Below, piece by piece: positions 1-19,445 of a stretch of 64,000 nt of DNA. Source of the stretch: the human T2T-CHM13v2.0 reference genome, Homo sapiens. The stretch lies in NCBI RefSeq assembly GCF_009914755.1, contig NC_060939.1; one strand, given 5' to 3'. A program made the position numbers and the translations under genes. The notes under the pieces were generated by a model. The model made no database searches and was not told the origin of the DNA. It saw only the letters and a list, made by a program, of their open reading frames with translations. Position 1 is the first letter of the stretch; each line of letters opens with the position of its first letter.

Positions 1-2640
<2,640 letters not shown>

Positions 2641-2703
2641 TATGATGTTAGCTGGTTATTTTGCTCATTAGTTGATGCAGTTTCTTCCTAGCCTCAATGG
2701 TCT

Positions 2704-3720
2704 TTACAATCTGGCATGTTTTTGCAATGGCTGGTACTGGTTGTTCCTTTCCATGTTTAGTGCTTCCTTCGGGAGCTCTTTTAGGGCAGGCCTGGTGGTG
2801 ACAAAATCTCTCAGCATTTGCTTGTCTGTAAAGTATTTTATTCCTGCTTCACTTATGAAGCTTAGTTTAGCTGGATATGAAATTCTGGGTTAAAAATTCT
2901 TTTCTTCAAGAATGTTGAATATTGGCCCCCACTGTCTTCTGGCTTGTAAGGTTTCTGCCGACAGATCAGCTGTTAGTCTGATGGGCTTCCCTTTGTGGGT
3001 AACCCAACCTTTCTCTCTGGCTGCCCTTAATATTTTTTCCTTCATTTCAACTTTGGTGAATCTGACAATTATGTGTCTTGGAGTTGCTCTTCTAGAGGAT
3101 TATCTTTGTGGCGTTCTGTGTATTTCCTGAATCTGAATGTTGGCCTGCCTTGCTAGATTGGGGAAGTTCTCCTGGATAATATCCTGTAGAGTGTTTTCCA
3201 ACTTAGTTCCATTCTCCCCATCACTTTCAGATACAGTAATCAGACATAGATTTGGTCTTTTTAAATAGTCCCATATTTCTTGGAGGCTTTGTTCATTTCT
3301 TTTCCTTGTTTTTTCTCTAAACTTCTCTTCTCACTTCATTTCATTCATTTGATCTTCCATCACTGATACCCTTACTTCCAGTTGATCGAATCGGCTCCTG
3401 AGGCTTGTGCATTCGTCACGTAGTTCTCATGCTGTGGTTTTCACCTCCATCAGGTCCCTTAAGGACTTCTTTGCATTGGTTATTCTAGTTAGGCATTTGT
3501 CTAATTTTTTTTCAAGGTTTTTAACTTCTTTGCCGTTGGTTCGAACTTCCTCCTTTAGCTCGGAGTAGTTTGATCATCTGAAACCTTCTTCTCTCAGCTC
3601 GTCAAAGTCATTCTCCATCCAGCTTTGTTCTGTTGCTGGTGAGGAGCTACGTTCCTTTGGAGGAGGAGAGGCACTCTGATTTTTAGAGTTTCCAGTTTTT
3701 CTGCTCTGTTTTTTTCCCAT
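2704..3720 (-). pseudogene. L1 ORF1, disrupted
   Basis: Minus-strand ATG GGA AAA AAA CAG AGC start at 3720 and TAA at 2704-2706 span 1017 nt, but no long ORF survives in the track. Confidence 0.9.
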
Positions 3721-4295
3721 CTTTGTGGTTTTATCTACCTTTGGTCTTTGATGATGGTGATGTACAGTTGGGGTTTTGGTGTGGATGTCCTTTCTGTTTG
3801 TTAGTTTTCCTTCTAACAGTCAGGACCCTCAGCTGCAGGTCTGTAGGAGTTTGCTGGAGGTCTACTCCAGACCCTGTTTGCCTGGGTATCAGTCGCGGAG
3901 GCTGCAGAACAGCAGATATTGATGAACAGCAAATGTTGCTGCCTGATCATTCCTCTGGAAGTTTTGTCTCAGAGGAGTACCCGGCTGTGTGAGATGTCAG
4001 TTTGCCCTTACTGGGGTATGCCTCCCAGTTAGGCCACTCGGGGGTCAGGGACCCACTTGAGGAGGCAGTCTGTCCGTTCTCAGATCTCCAGCTGCGTGCT
4101 GGGAGAACCACTACTCTCTTCAAAGCTGTCAGACAGGGGCATTTAAGTCTGCAGAGGTTTCTGCTGCGTTTTGTTTGGCTATGCCCTGCCCCCAGAGGTG
4201 GAGTCTACAGAGGAAGGCAGGCCTCCTTGAGCTGCAGTGGGCTCTACCCAGTTCAAGCTTTCTGGCCGCTTTGTTTACCTACTCAAGCCTCAGCA

Positions 4296-4763
4296 ATGGC
4301 AGGCGTCCCTCCCCCAGCCTCACTGCTGCCTTGCAGTTTGATCTCAGACTGCTGTGCTAGCAATGAGCGAGGCTCTGTGGGCATAGGACCCTCCAAGCCA
4401 GGCACGGGATATAATCTCCTGGTGTGCTGTTTGCTAAGACTGTTGGAAAAGCGCAGTATTAGGGTGGGAGTGACCCGATTTCCCAGGTGCCATCTGTCAC
4501 CCCTTTCTTTGACTAGGAAAGGGAATTCCCTGACCCCTTGCGCTTCCCGGGTGAGACGATGCCTCACCCGGCTTCGGCTCATGCTCGGTGCGCTGTACCC
4601 ACTGTCCTGTGCCCACTTTCCAACACTCCCCAGTGAGATGAACCTGGTACCTCAGTTGGAAATGCAGAAATCACCCATCTTCTGTGTTGCTCATGCTGGG
4701 AGCTGTAGACTGGAGCTGTTCCTATTGGGCCATCTTGGCTCCACCCCAAAACCATGTCTTTAG
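4296..4763 (+). other. L1 antisense ORF0-like reading frame (155 aa, extended)
   Basis: MAGVPPPASLLPCSLISDCCASN... matches the primate L1 ORF0 N-terminus; the frame stays open to 4763. Confidence 0.7.
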
Positions 4764-4959
4764 GTGGCTAGAAGCCCATAACAAAAAAAAAAAAAAAAGA
4801 GAGAAAGAAAAAGTATTTATATAAGGAGAAGAAATGCTACTAATACTCCTAGAAAAATGCATTGATGATGATGATGAAGAAACAAAGTTTTGTAATTTAA
4901 CCCAATTGGAAATCCAAAATTTACTAAAATAATTTATATAACAGAGATAAAAGTGCACT

Positions 4960-5540
4960 GATTGGCTTTCATACCTCTACAACATAGTTCCTGGATTAAC
5001 GTTAGTATTGGCTTAAATATAGCAATTGACAGAACTTCATGGCTTTAATACTGGAGCTCAAATTAGAGTTACACCTGGGGATCCCACTAGATTTAAACAA
5101 GATGCCCTAATCATTTTATGAGAGTAGCTAAATATAAAGTAGAGAAAAATAGGTATGTTTCACTTTATATCTTTTCCTAAATTTCCCAATCATAATACCC
5201 ATTGTTCTAAATTATGTTCCAACACAATGAATAACAAATTAAATTTAATTATTTGGCATTTACGAATTGGATTGATAAAACAGGACCCCATGTGCCCCAG
5301 GTTAAAATAGTTTATAAAGTTTAATATAACTAAAAACAACCTTTTCAAGGATTAAAATATCTTATATAAAAGAAAATTAGTAAAGGAATGATCATTCCCA
5401 TTGCTTCTCCATTTAACAGCCCAATTTTGCCAATTCTTAGACCTGGGAAGAATGAAGATTGCCTCATGGTAGACTACTACAGCTAAAATGCTATGGTCCC
5501 ATTTGTTAAGGCTCCCATATTCAATACCCAATATTATTTT
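4960..5540 (+). mobile_element. Degenerate ERV (ERVL-like) pro/pol fragment
   Basis: ~5403-5530 translates as ASPFNSPILPILRPGKNE..MVDY, matching the retroviral RT N-terminal SPFNSP/VDY motifs. Confidence 0.6.
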
Positions 5541-5945
5541 GTTATGAGAAAAAAAACAGGACTATTTAGAAGAATGTCCCCACACCCTGGGAAGGGGCTA
5601 AGTGACCAAATAATAACTTGGACAAGTCCAGCTTGATGAGTACATGAGGCTTTTAGGACTTACATACAGGACATTCCTGGGCAGCAACAGGAAAACTCCA
5701 GAGACCTTCCCTGCCACACATTTCTAAGCTGCTTTTAAGCTAATTTTTTGGGTCATTGCCTACTGCATGCAATGAGATTATTTTTTCTTGGTAGGTTACC
5801 TGTACACTCCAGGATGTTTGGGTTCCCAGGAACACCTGTTCCTCAGCTGGAAACCATTGCCTTGGCTCACCAGTTGGCCCTCAGGGGCCAAGCAGAAGAC
5901 CTACACCCTTAAGTAACCTGGTGGGGGGCCCATCACCCTATGCAT
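5540..5945 (-). mobile_element. ERVL-class LTR (MER54-like)
   Basis: Minus strand reads TAGGGTGATGGGCCCCCCACCAGGTTACTTAAGGGTGTA, resembling the recalled MER54 5' end. Confidence 0.5.
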
Positions 5946-6178
5946 TTAAATTTCTGATTCTATTCAATCGGCAACCAATAAAGATTTTCCTATTATGGAA
6001 GTGGCTAATATGTATTGTTCAGTATCTATTTCAAAAATTTCTCAGCCTCAGTTTGACTTCACCTCCAAAGGGATACAATAGGCCCTTCCAGACTACTGTG
6101 TGGAAAAAAGCTTCCTCATCACACACAATCTTTGCAGGAAAGATCTTAACTAAATCCAGCTTTCTCTGGAAAGAGAGG

Positions 6179-8310
<2,132 letters not shown>

Positions 8311-8907
8311 AGCTCCAAGGTATACATTTTACTCTCAAATACAATGGTGGTCTCTTAGAAACAACATTCAATGAAATTATATTTTCCCAATAGGCCCCCA
8401 GGAAGCTGGATTAATTGGGAAGTCTTGTGGGCTCTTCAAATGACTCCTACTTAAGTTACAAAATAATAAATGAATTCCTAAGTGGCCTCTATCTTGTCCC
8501 AGACCTTAATCTCTCTTAAGTTAAAGATGCAGAACTGGCTTATAGCAACTTTAAAAAATCTTCTCATCACCATTATCTATATTTAAAGGGAGATTCAAAC
8601 GGATCCCAGATTGAGGATACAACTCTCTTAGGTACTTTTGCTAATCAGATTGTTTCACAAGACAGGCACCTGTTCATCTGATATGGAACTCACTTCAACC
8701 TAAACTTACCCCCCAAATTTTCCTCAATTTTCATTTTATAAGGGATGGATAATTTATCTGAGCTCGTCCTCTGATTACACTCAGAAATTAAAATTATTGC
8801 CCAAAAGCCAGCCCGAAAAATGGCAGAATGAAAGATAGAAAACTACAATTTGTAACTTAAACTCACATTCAGATATTGAGAGAATAAACACTATATTCCA
8901 AAATTAT

Positions 8908-9612
8908 TGTAGGAAAACAGCCTGTTGCATGGCAAGAGTAATGCCATCTTGAAGCAAAACTGCCATAAGGACTGATGTTTCACTCCAGCATACCAAGGCA
9001 TTCCAGCAGCAAGGTCAAGAAACAATGCCTGCAGCATAGCTAACTCCACATATAGAAACAATGCCTGCAGCATAGCTAACCCCTCATAAAGAAACAGTGC
9101 CTGCAGCATAGCTAATTCCTCATATAGAAACAATGCCTGCAGCATAGCTAACCCCTCATAAACAATGCCTGCGACATAGCTAACTCCTCGAATAGAAACA
9201 ATGCCTGCAACATAGCTAACTCATCATGTAGCAACAATGCCTTCAACATAGATAACTCGTCATATAAAAACAATGCCTGCAACATAGCTAACCCCTCATA
9301 AAGAAACAATCCCTGCAGCATAGCTAACCCTTCATAAAGATGCTTATCTAACTTCCCCAGTAGTCACCAGTTTCACTAAGGGGTCTCAGACATAACCAGC
9401 TGCAAATGTTTTACCCAAAGAAGGCTTGCTATATAAAGAATACTTTCTAGAGGGCGAGTGCAAGGATTCACCCTCTAGTGGCCGCCTGAAACATAGCTTC
9501 TGTTCATATTAAACGTTTCTTTCTAAGAATACGGATTTGTCAGCCTCTTTGGCCTTTCAGCTCCCTCAGCCTTTGAGGGTAGGTTTGCATATACCTGCCC
9601 TGGTAATAATAT
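8908..9612 (+). mobile_element. ERVL-class solo LTR (LTR47/MER72-like) containing an internal tandem repeat
   Basis: TGTAGGAAAACAGCCTGTTGCATGGCAAGAG start, TATATAAA box ~9430, ATTAAA ~9508. Confidence 0.6.
9018..9337 (+). repeat. 36-bp minisatellite, 9 copies (AGAAACAATGCCTGCAGCATAGCTAACCCCTCATAW)
   Basis: Counted directly: units start at ~9018, 9054, 9090, 9126, 9161 (shortened), 9194, 9230, 9266 and 9302. Confidence 0.97.
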
Positions 9613-10639
9613 ACACTAGAAAAATAATCATCATTAGATAACAAAAGCATCAAGTGTTGCTACACACTATTATGTTGACAATTGGTTTTATTACTATTGA
9701 TTTGGGTGTTTTCATTGCAATCTGGTAGTCCAAACCCTCCAAGTAAGCCATTGTTTCAAATAGACATAGCAAATCCTGTGGTCCACAAGCCATCAAGTAT
9801 TGTTAATACAGCCCCAAACCTCATCCACTTGCCTATCACCAACAAACCAAAAACTGGAGAAAAGAGTTCATACTAAGTGGCTAAATTGGAGGACCCACCT
9901 ACAATCTAATGATGGATATCCAACCTCAGCCTCAAGATTTTAATTGGCAAAAAAACCTGACACCTTATTAACAACATACACGCAAATCAGGCTGTGTGAT
10001 TTAAAACCTATTTGTAGTAAAATGTTTCTTATCACCCATCTGAGAAAAACCTTGGACTATTGGGAGATTCAGATTTAGACGCTATTAATTATAGTGTTAA
10101 TTGTGCCAGTCAAGTTCCAGCACTTTGGTACAGTTACAGCAGCATGTTAGATGCAGACATTACCTTAGCTAGCTGTGCACCCACAAAGCCCCTTGACCTT
10201 AAGAATATTTGCAAGTCAAATTCCCAGGCACAACATTGCCTTCAAATTCCTCAAGTGGCTCAGCCTTGTTATAATACAATAGAGGAACAAAAACATGATT
10301 CATACCAACCCTAGTGGCTATCCACTTGGGAAGGATATCCCAGTCTCACATCCCAGATGACAGTGGTCTGCCTAGTCCAGGAATTCACTGCTGGAGATGA
10401 CTTAACTTCAGAGAACATTGCCCCAGACCAATACTTCACCATTGGAGATGACTTCACCTCCTGCACTGGAGATTACTTTACCTTGTACGCTTAGCTTCCC
10501 CAACAATGCCAATGGGCTGCCCCTCCTAAGGCACTAACAAATATGAAATGGGATATTTATTGTGTTTCTTCCTTTGATATTATTTCTTTGATATTAGGAA
10601 TTCTAGTATGTTTTCTGAGCTCACTTTTTGCTACACAAT

Positions 10640-11472
<833 letters not shown>

Positions 11473-11479
11473 GCAAACC

Positions 11480-12139
11480 ACTGATAATTCTTTTCCCAAA
11501 AAAAGTAGAAAATACCCAAATAGTATCATATATGAAATGGCTGGTATCATTACAGTTGATGCAAACACCAAAAAGATAAGATTATATTGTGAAGAATTTT
11601 ATACTGTTAAATTTCAAAAGTAAATAAATTTGTTACATTCCTAGAAAAATATAAACTACTGGAAATGACGTGAAAAGAAATAAGAAAAATAAATTTTACT
11701 CTAGTTCCTAAAGAAAGTGATTGTATCAATAAAAGTTTTGCTTCTCCTTCTCTAAAATCTCCAGTCTCAGATGGCTGTATGATGAATTCTAAAAATTATT
11801 TTAAGATAAAAAATAATGTCAGTTTTATGCAAATACTTGCACAGAGAAGAAATGAGTAAACATTTCCAAATTCATTGTAGAATAACAGCTTAACCTGCTA
11901 AGGACATTACAAGACTGGAATAAAAAGGCTAATGTCACTCATAAACTTAGATTCAAATACTGTAATTAAAACATTAACAACTATAGTCTAATTATGAATA
12001 AAACATATGCAACATATATGTGATAAAAATATATCAACCAAGAAGTATTCATTCTGGGCATAAAAGCAAATTTAAACATTGGGAAATCTATTCATGTAAA
12101 TGCTCATATTCAGGGAGTAAAAAAAGAAAAAGATATATA

Positions 12140-12140
<1 letters not shown>
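11480..12140 (+). mobile_element. Old L1 (L1M) ORF2 remnant
   Basis: A-rich; TTCCTAGAAAAATATAAACTAC and CCAGTCTCAGATGG resemble the L1 ORF2 FLEKYKL / SPGPDG regions. Confidence 0.6.
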
Positions 12141-14103
<1,963 letters not shown>

Positions 14104-14692
14104 CTACATTTTAACCAAACGTTACCATTGCTTTCTGGAGAGAAGGTTTGCCAAGTTCGAGATTCACCCACTCTACAAGTCTTACCTTTACCTTACCTTG
14201 ATTATTAAAAGTACCCAAACTATTTTCCCATGTTTATAAGCCAAATATTAAAACTTTAAAAATTGCTTTTTAAAATGTCAACATTCTGTTAGCATTCTTT
14301 TGCCTTTTATATTTTTAACCAAGTAAATCAGGCCATTATATTAATTCATAGGTAAACCTTGTTTTTTCCTAAATTCAGATTTAGCAAGTATTTGATGTAT
14401 TTATCAGCTTAATCAAACTATAATTATTTGTTAGCTTACAATAATTGGAAGAGGCATATAAATTTTAAATTTTTTGAAGTCTCTTGGGGGTATAACTGAA
14501 GCTATATTTAGTTATGTATAGTATGCCTATTTTTGTGTATGTGAAAATCTTGTTACCTTTTCTGCAATTCCACTAAGGTGTTACTGGGCTAACAAGTAAT
14601 ACTTTTAGCCAATCAGCCTACAGTGCTTATGTGAAGTGGGTTTTCTACTTAGGCTCAACTGACACCAAAGCTCATAGAGCTATCATAAGCCA

Positions 14693-15295
14693 TATATTAG
14701 TCAATGTCGTCTGGAGAAACAGAACCAACAGGATATATGTAGATATCTAGAACAAAGTTATTATGAGGAATTAGCTCAGGTGGTGATGGACGCTGAGAAG
14801 TCCCACAGTCTACTGTTTTCAAGCTGAAGACTTAGGAAAGCATGTAGTGCAATTCCAGTCCAAACCCAAAGTTCTGAGAACTAGGGGTGCTAATGGTGTA
14901 AGCCCCAGTATGAATCCAAAGATCTGAGAACTGGGTGACTGACAGTGTAAGTCTAGGTCCATGTCTGAAGGTCCCAGAATCTAAAACACTGATGCCTGAG
15001 AACAGGAGAAAATAGAGATCCCAGATCTGGCAGAGACAAACAAACAAAAAAAAAACCCTGCCTTTCCTCCATGATTTTTTCTAATTAGCCGGGTGTGGTG
15101 GCGGGCGCCTGTAGTCCCAGGTGCAGATTGGAGGATGCCAACCTTTACTGGTGAGGGCCATCATCTTTACTCAGTCCACTGATTTAGATGCTAATGTCTT
15201 TCAGATACAGCCTCACAGAAACACTCAGAAATAATGTTTTACCAGCTAAGGGTCTCTTAGCCCAGCCAAGTGGACAAATAAAATTAACCATCACA
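14693..15295 (-). mobile_element. MLT2 LTR (HERV-L/ERVL)
   Basis: Ends AAATTAACCATCACA (reverse complement of the MLT2 5' end TGTGATGGTTAATTT) and abuts a polypurine tract. Confidence 0.88.
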
Positions 15296-17360
15296 AGTCT
15301 ACCCTTTGTCAACTTTGTACCCATGTGTTTCTCATTAAACCATACTTAATCTCCAAACAAAGACAATGACAAGGTCATATTTCTGCCCAACATCATATAA
15401 CTACCCTGTTTACAGCCATAAATGCACTAATCCCTTCCCAGGAAGAGGTGAAGTCCATGAGTAATGTTTACTCTTCTCCTGACATTGTATAACATAAATA
15501 CTACTATGTAAAATCAATAATACTTAAAGACTATGAAGTAAAGTCAACACATGTTATTATACATAATAAGGGACTAAGAGAGGGGAAAAACAAAGATATT
15601 TGCTTAATATAGACATATATGAACACAACATATTTAGAAAATATAAGAAGGACATACTCATGACAGTTACAGCCTTGGTCTCTGTACTCACCATGTGGTC
15701 CTAGCAGGTGCTTATAACTCCCGTCTTCTACACCCATTCTATATTCCCTTTGCCTTCAGTGAGCACCTCAGCTTTTTATTAGATCCTTACCTAGTAGACC
15801 GACCCAAACTTTCATTCCTGTATCATCTGAGCTGTTAGTATTACTGCCTGGATTAGCTTGCTGCAGTTTTCCATTTATCTTAATCACAGGGATGGCACTA
15901 CCAAGAAATGCCCTAAGGGATCCTCTGTATTATGAACATAATGCTTCCATACCTCCACTGTGGGGTAGCAGTCCAGTTTCCACTTGGAAGTTGGGACCAA
16001 CTGCCCCAGCCAATAACATAACTCTCTTTTTGCCTATTAATGGAGAGGTATGAGAAACCCAAGGTGATGGGGTGGCAGTCTTAAATTTTACTTCAAATCA
16101 TTATTGTGTCTCCTGTTGGAAGCATTTCTTCATATCCAACTAAGACCTCTAGGCCAGCAGGACATAAATTCACTGGAATAGTGAGAAAAATTTTTGCTAG
16201 TGGAACACTAGGTGTAATACTGAAGGATACCTTTCCCTTTCCCACCCCTTGATTTCTGAAATTGTAAATTCTGAATATTGGAGAAACAGCACTATATATT
16301 GGTCACAAATTCAGAGCATATATAGTCTTCTGGAAATGTTTTTCCTAGCCCTCCAAGCTGTTGCCACATAGCTGCCACTATAACTGAGTCTCTGAATGTC
16401 CATTCCACCATTCTACCAGACCAGGCTTCGGGATGGTGGGAGACATGGTAAGACCATTGAATTTCATGAGCATGAGCCCATTACCACACTTCTTTGACCA
16501 TTGAATGAGCTACTTGATCAGAAGCAATACTGTGTGGAATACTATGATGGTGAATAATGCATTCTGTAAGTCCACAGATGCTAGTTGGCAGCAGAAGTAT
16601 TGCATGTAGGGAAGTTGAATCCATGTCCATAGTAACTATCTGTTCCACTAAGAACAAAATGCTGCCCCTTCCATTATGGAAGTCGTTCAATGTAATCTAC
16701 CACTAGGTAGCTGGCTGATCACCTTGGGAAATGGTGCCATATTAAGGACTCAGTGTTGGTCTTTGCTGTGGGTAGATTGGACACTCAGTGCTGGCCACAG
16801 GCAGGTCAGCCTTGGTGATTACGTTCATGTTACTGAGCCCATGCATAACCTCCATCCCTGCCACCATGGCCACTTTTTAAATGAAGCCAGTGGACAATGA
16901 CAGGGGTGGCTGGGGAAAGGAGCTGAGTGGTATCCACAGAATGGGTCATCCTGTCCTCTTGATTATTAAAATTCTCCTCAATTGTTTATCCTTTGGTGAG
17001 CATTCACATAAGATACACATATCTTCACATTATTTTTTTCCCACTCAGAGAGATCTGTCCCCACATGTCATTCCCAAATGTCTTTGTCACCAGTCTTCCA
17101 TCATATTCCTTCCAAGTCCCTGGTCCTCCAGCTGAACTATTGGTCACAACCCAGGAATTGCATATAATTTCACAGCTGGCCTTTTCTCCCTCCAAGAAAA
17201 GTGCACAGCCAAGTGCCTTGTCTAACGTTCTGCCCACTGAGTAGATTTCCCTTCCACAGAGTTTGTCAGAGATATATCTTAGAAAAGCTCGACAGTGCTG
17301 CAGATGTTCACTTTTGGTGGTTTTTCCATATTGTGCAGAACCATCTGTAAACCAGGCATA
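15296..17360 (-). mobile_element. ERVL internal region (RNase H/integrase/dUTPase end), degenerate
   Basis: Minus-strand …GLTECIIHHHSIPHSIASDQ… integrase motif; contiguous with the MLT2 LTR. Confidence 0.85.
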
Positions 17361-17500
17361 AGTTTTTTTACTTATATATGTGGCTGTCAGTCAAATCTTA
17401 GATCAGAGCCAGTTTACAGACCTATACTCCCTTGAATGAAGGGGAGTCTCGTTTCCTGGGGGAGGGATCCTGGTACATTGAAAAATATATATATTGTTAA

Positions 17501-17848
<348 letters not shown>

Positions 17849-18307
17849 CCAACAGCCTTTAACTAGAGTAACTGCACTTGGGAAAAAAGAGATAATCAGA
17901 TGTTTGGAGACAATTAAACACTGACTCTCAACTGACATTAATGTCAAAAGGCTCAAAACATCACTGTGGTCTATCAGTTACAGGAAGGGCCTATGAGGGT
18001 CAATGATCAATAGAGTTTTAGCTGAAGTCTATCTCACAGTGGGCCCAGGGTGTGCCTAAATCCATCTTGTGGTTATTTTCCCAGTTCCAAGAAGCATAAT
18101 TGGAGTAGAAATAGCAGCAGGTCAAATCTACAAATTGGTTCCCTAACCTCTGGAGCGAGGGCTATTATCATAGGAAAGGCCAAGTAGAAACCACTGTAAC
18201 TGCCTCTACCTAGGAACATAGTAAAACAAAACCGTACCATATACCTGGAGGGATTGCAAAGATCACTGCTGCCGTCAAAAACCTGAAAAGTGCGGTCGGT
18301 GTTGCAG

Positions 18308-19115
18308 GATTGACACTACCCTACTTCAAGACTTACCATAAAGCTACAGTGATTAGTGTGGTATTGGTGACAGAATAGAGGAATAGATCAATGAAACAGA
18401 ATAGAGAGCCCCAAAACAGACACACATAAATACAGGCAACTGATCATTGACAAACGGGCAAAGACAACACAATGGAGAAACGGTAGTCTTTTCAACAAAC
18501 AAGCATCCTTTTGAAAAAAAAAAAAAAATTGAATCTGGGCACAGACCTTAACCCTGCATGGAAATTAACCCAAAATGGACCATAGACCTAACTGTAAACC
18601 ACAAAACTATAAAACTCATAGAGTATAATACAAGAGAAAACATAGATGACCTTGAGTATGCTGATGGCTTTCTAGATGCAACACCAAAGGCATGATCCAT
18701 GAAAGAAATAATTGATAAGCTACATACTCTATGAGTCTAACTATACGACAGTCTCTAAAAGGTAAAACTATGAGGACAGTGAAAATACCAGTAATTGGAT
18801 GAATAGGCAGAGCACAGAAGATTTTTAGGACATTGAAAATACTGTGTAGTGATGGATACATGTTATCATACATTTGTCCAAACCCATAGAATGTATAATA
18901 CAAGATTGAACCTTAGTGTAAACTATGGACTTTGGGTAATAATGATGTATCGATGTAGGCTTATCAATTGTAACAAATGCACCACTCTTGTAGCAAAGGT
19001 TGATAATGAAGGAGGCTAATCATGTATAGGTGGGTAGGAGATATGTGGAAAATCTTTGTACCTTTCTCTTAATTTTTCTGTAAACCTAAAACAGATTTTA
19101 AAAACAGTCTTTCAT
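18308..19115 (+). mobile_element. L1M (L1MC-like) 3' fragments inserted in ERVL pol
   Basis: ACTACCCTACTTCAAGACTTACCATAAAGCTACAG (L1 ORF2 3' part) followed by L1MC-type 3'UTR. Confidence 0.8.
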
Positions 19116-19117
19116 GG

Positions 19118-19445
<328 letters not shown>

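Noticed and set aside
8891-9145. Repetitive ORF (MLQALFLYEELA)n and CRISPR-like look of the 36-bp repeats
   Set aside because: The units are contiguous with no unique spacers and there are no cas genes in this human DNA; the ORF is a by-product of a 36-nt period.
9612-10630. Possible ERV env remnant
   Set aside because: Context suggests ERV internal sequence, but I could not identify a diagnostic motif.
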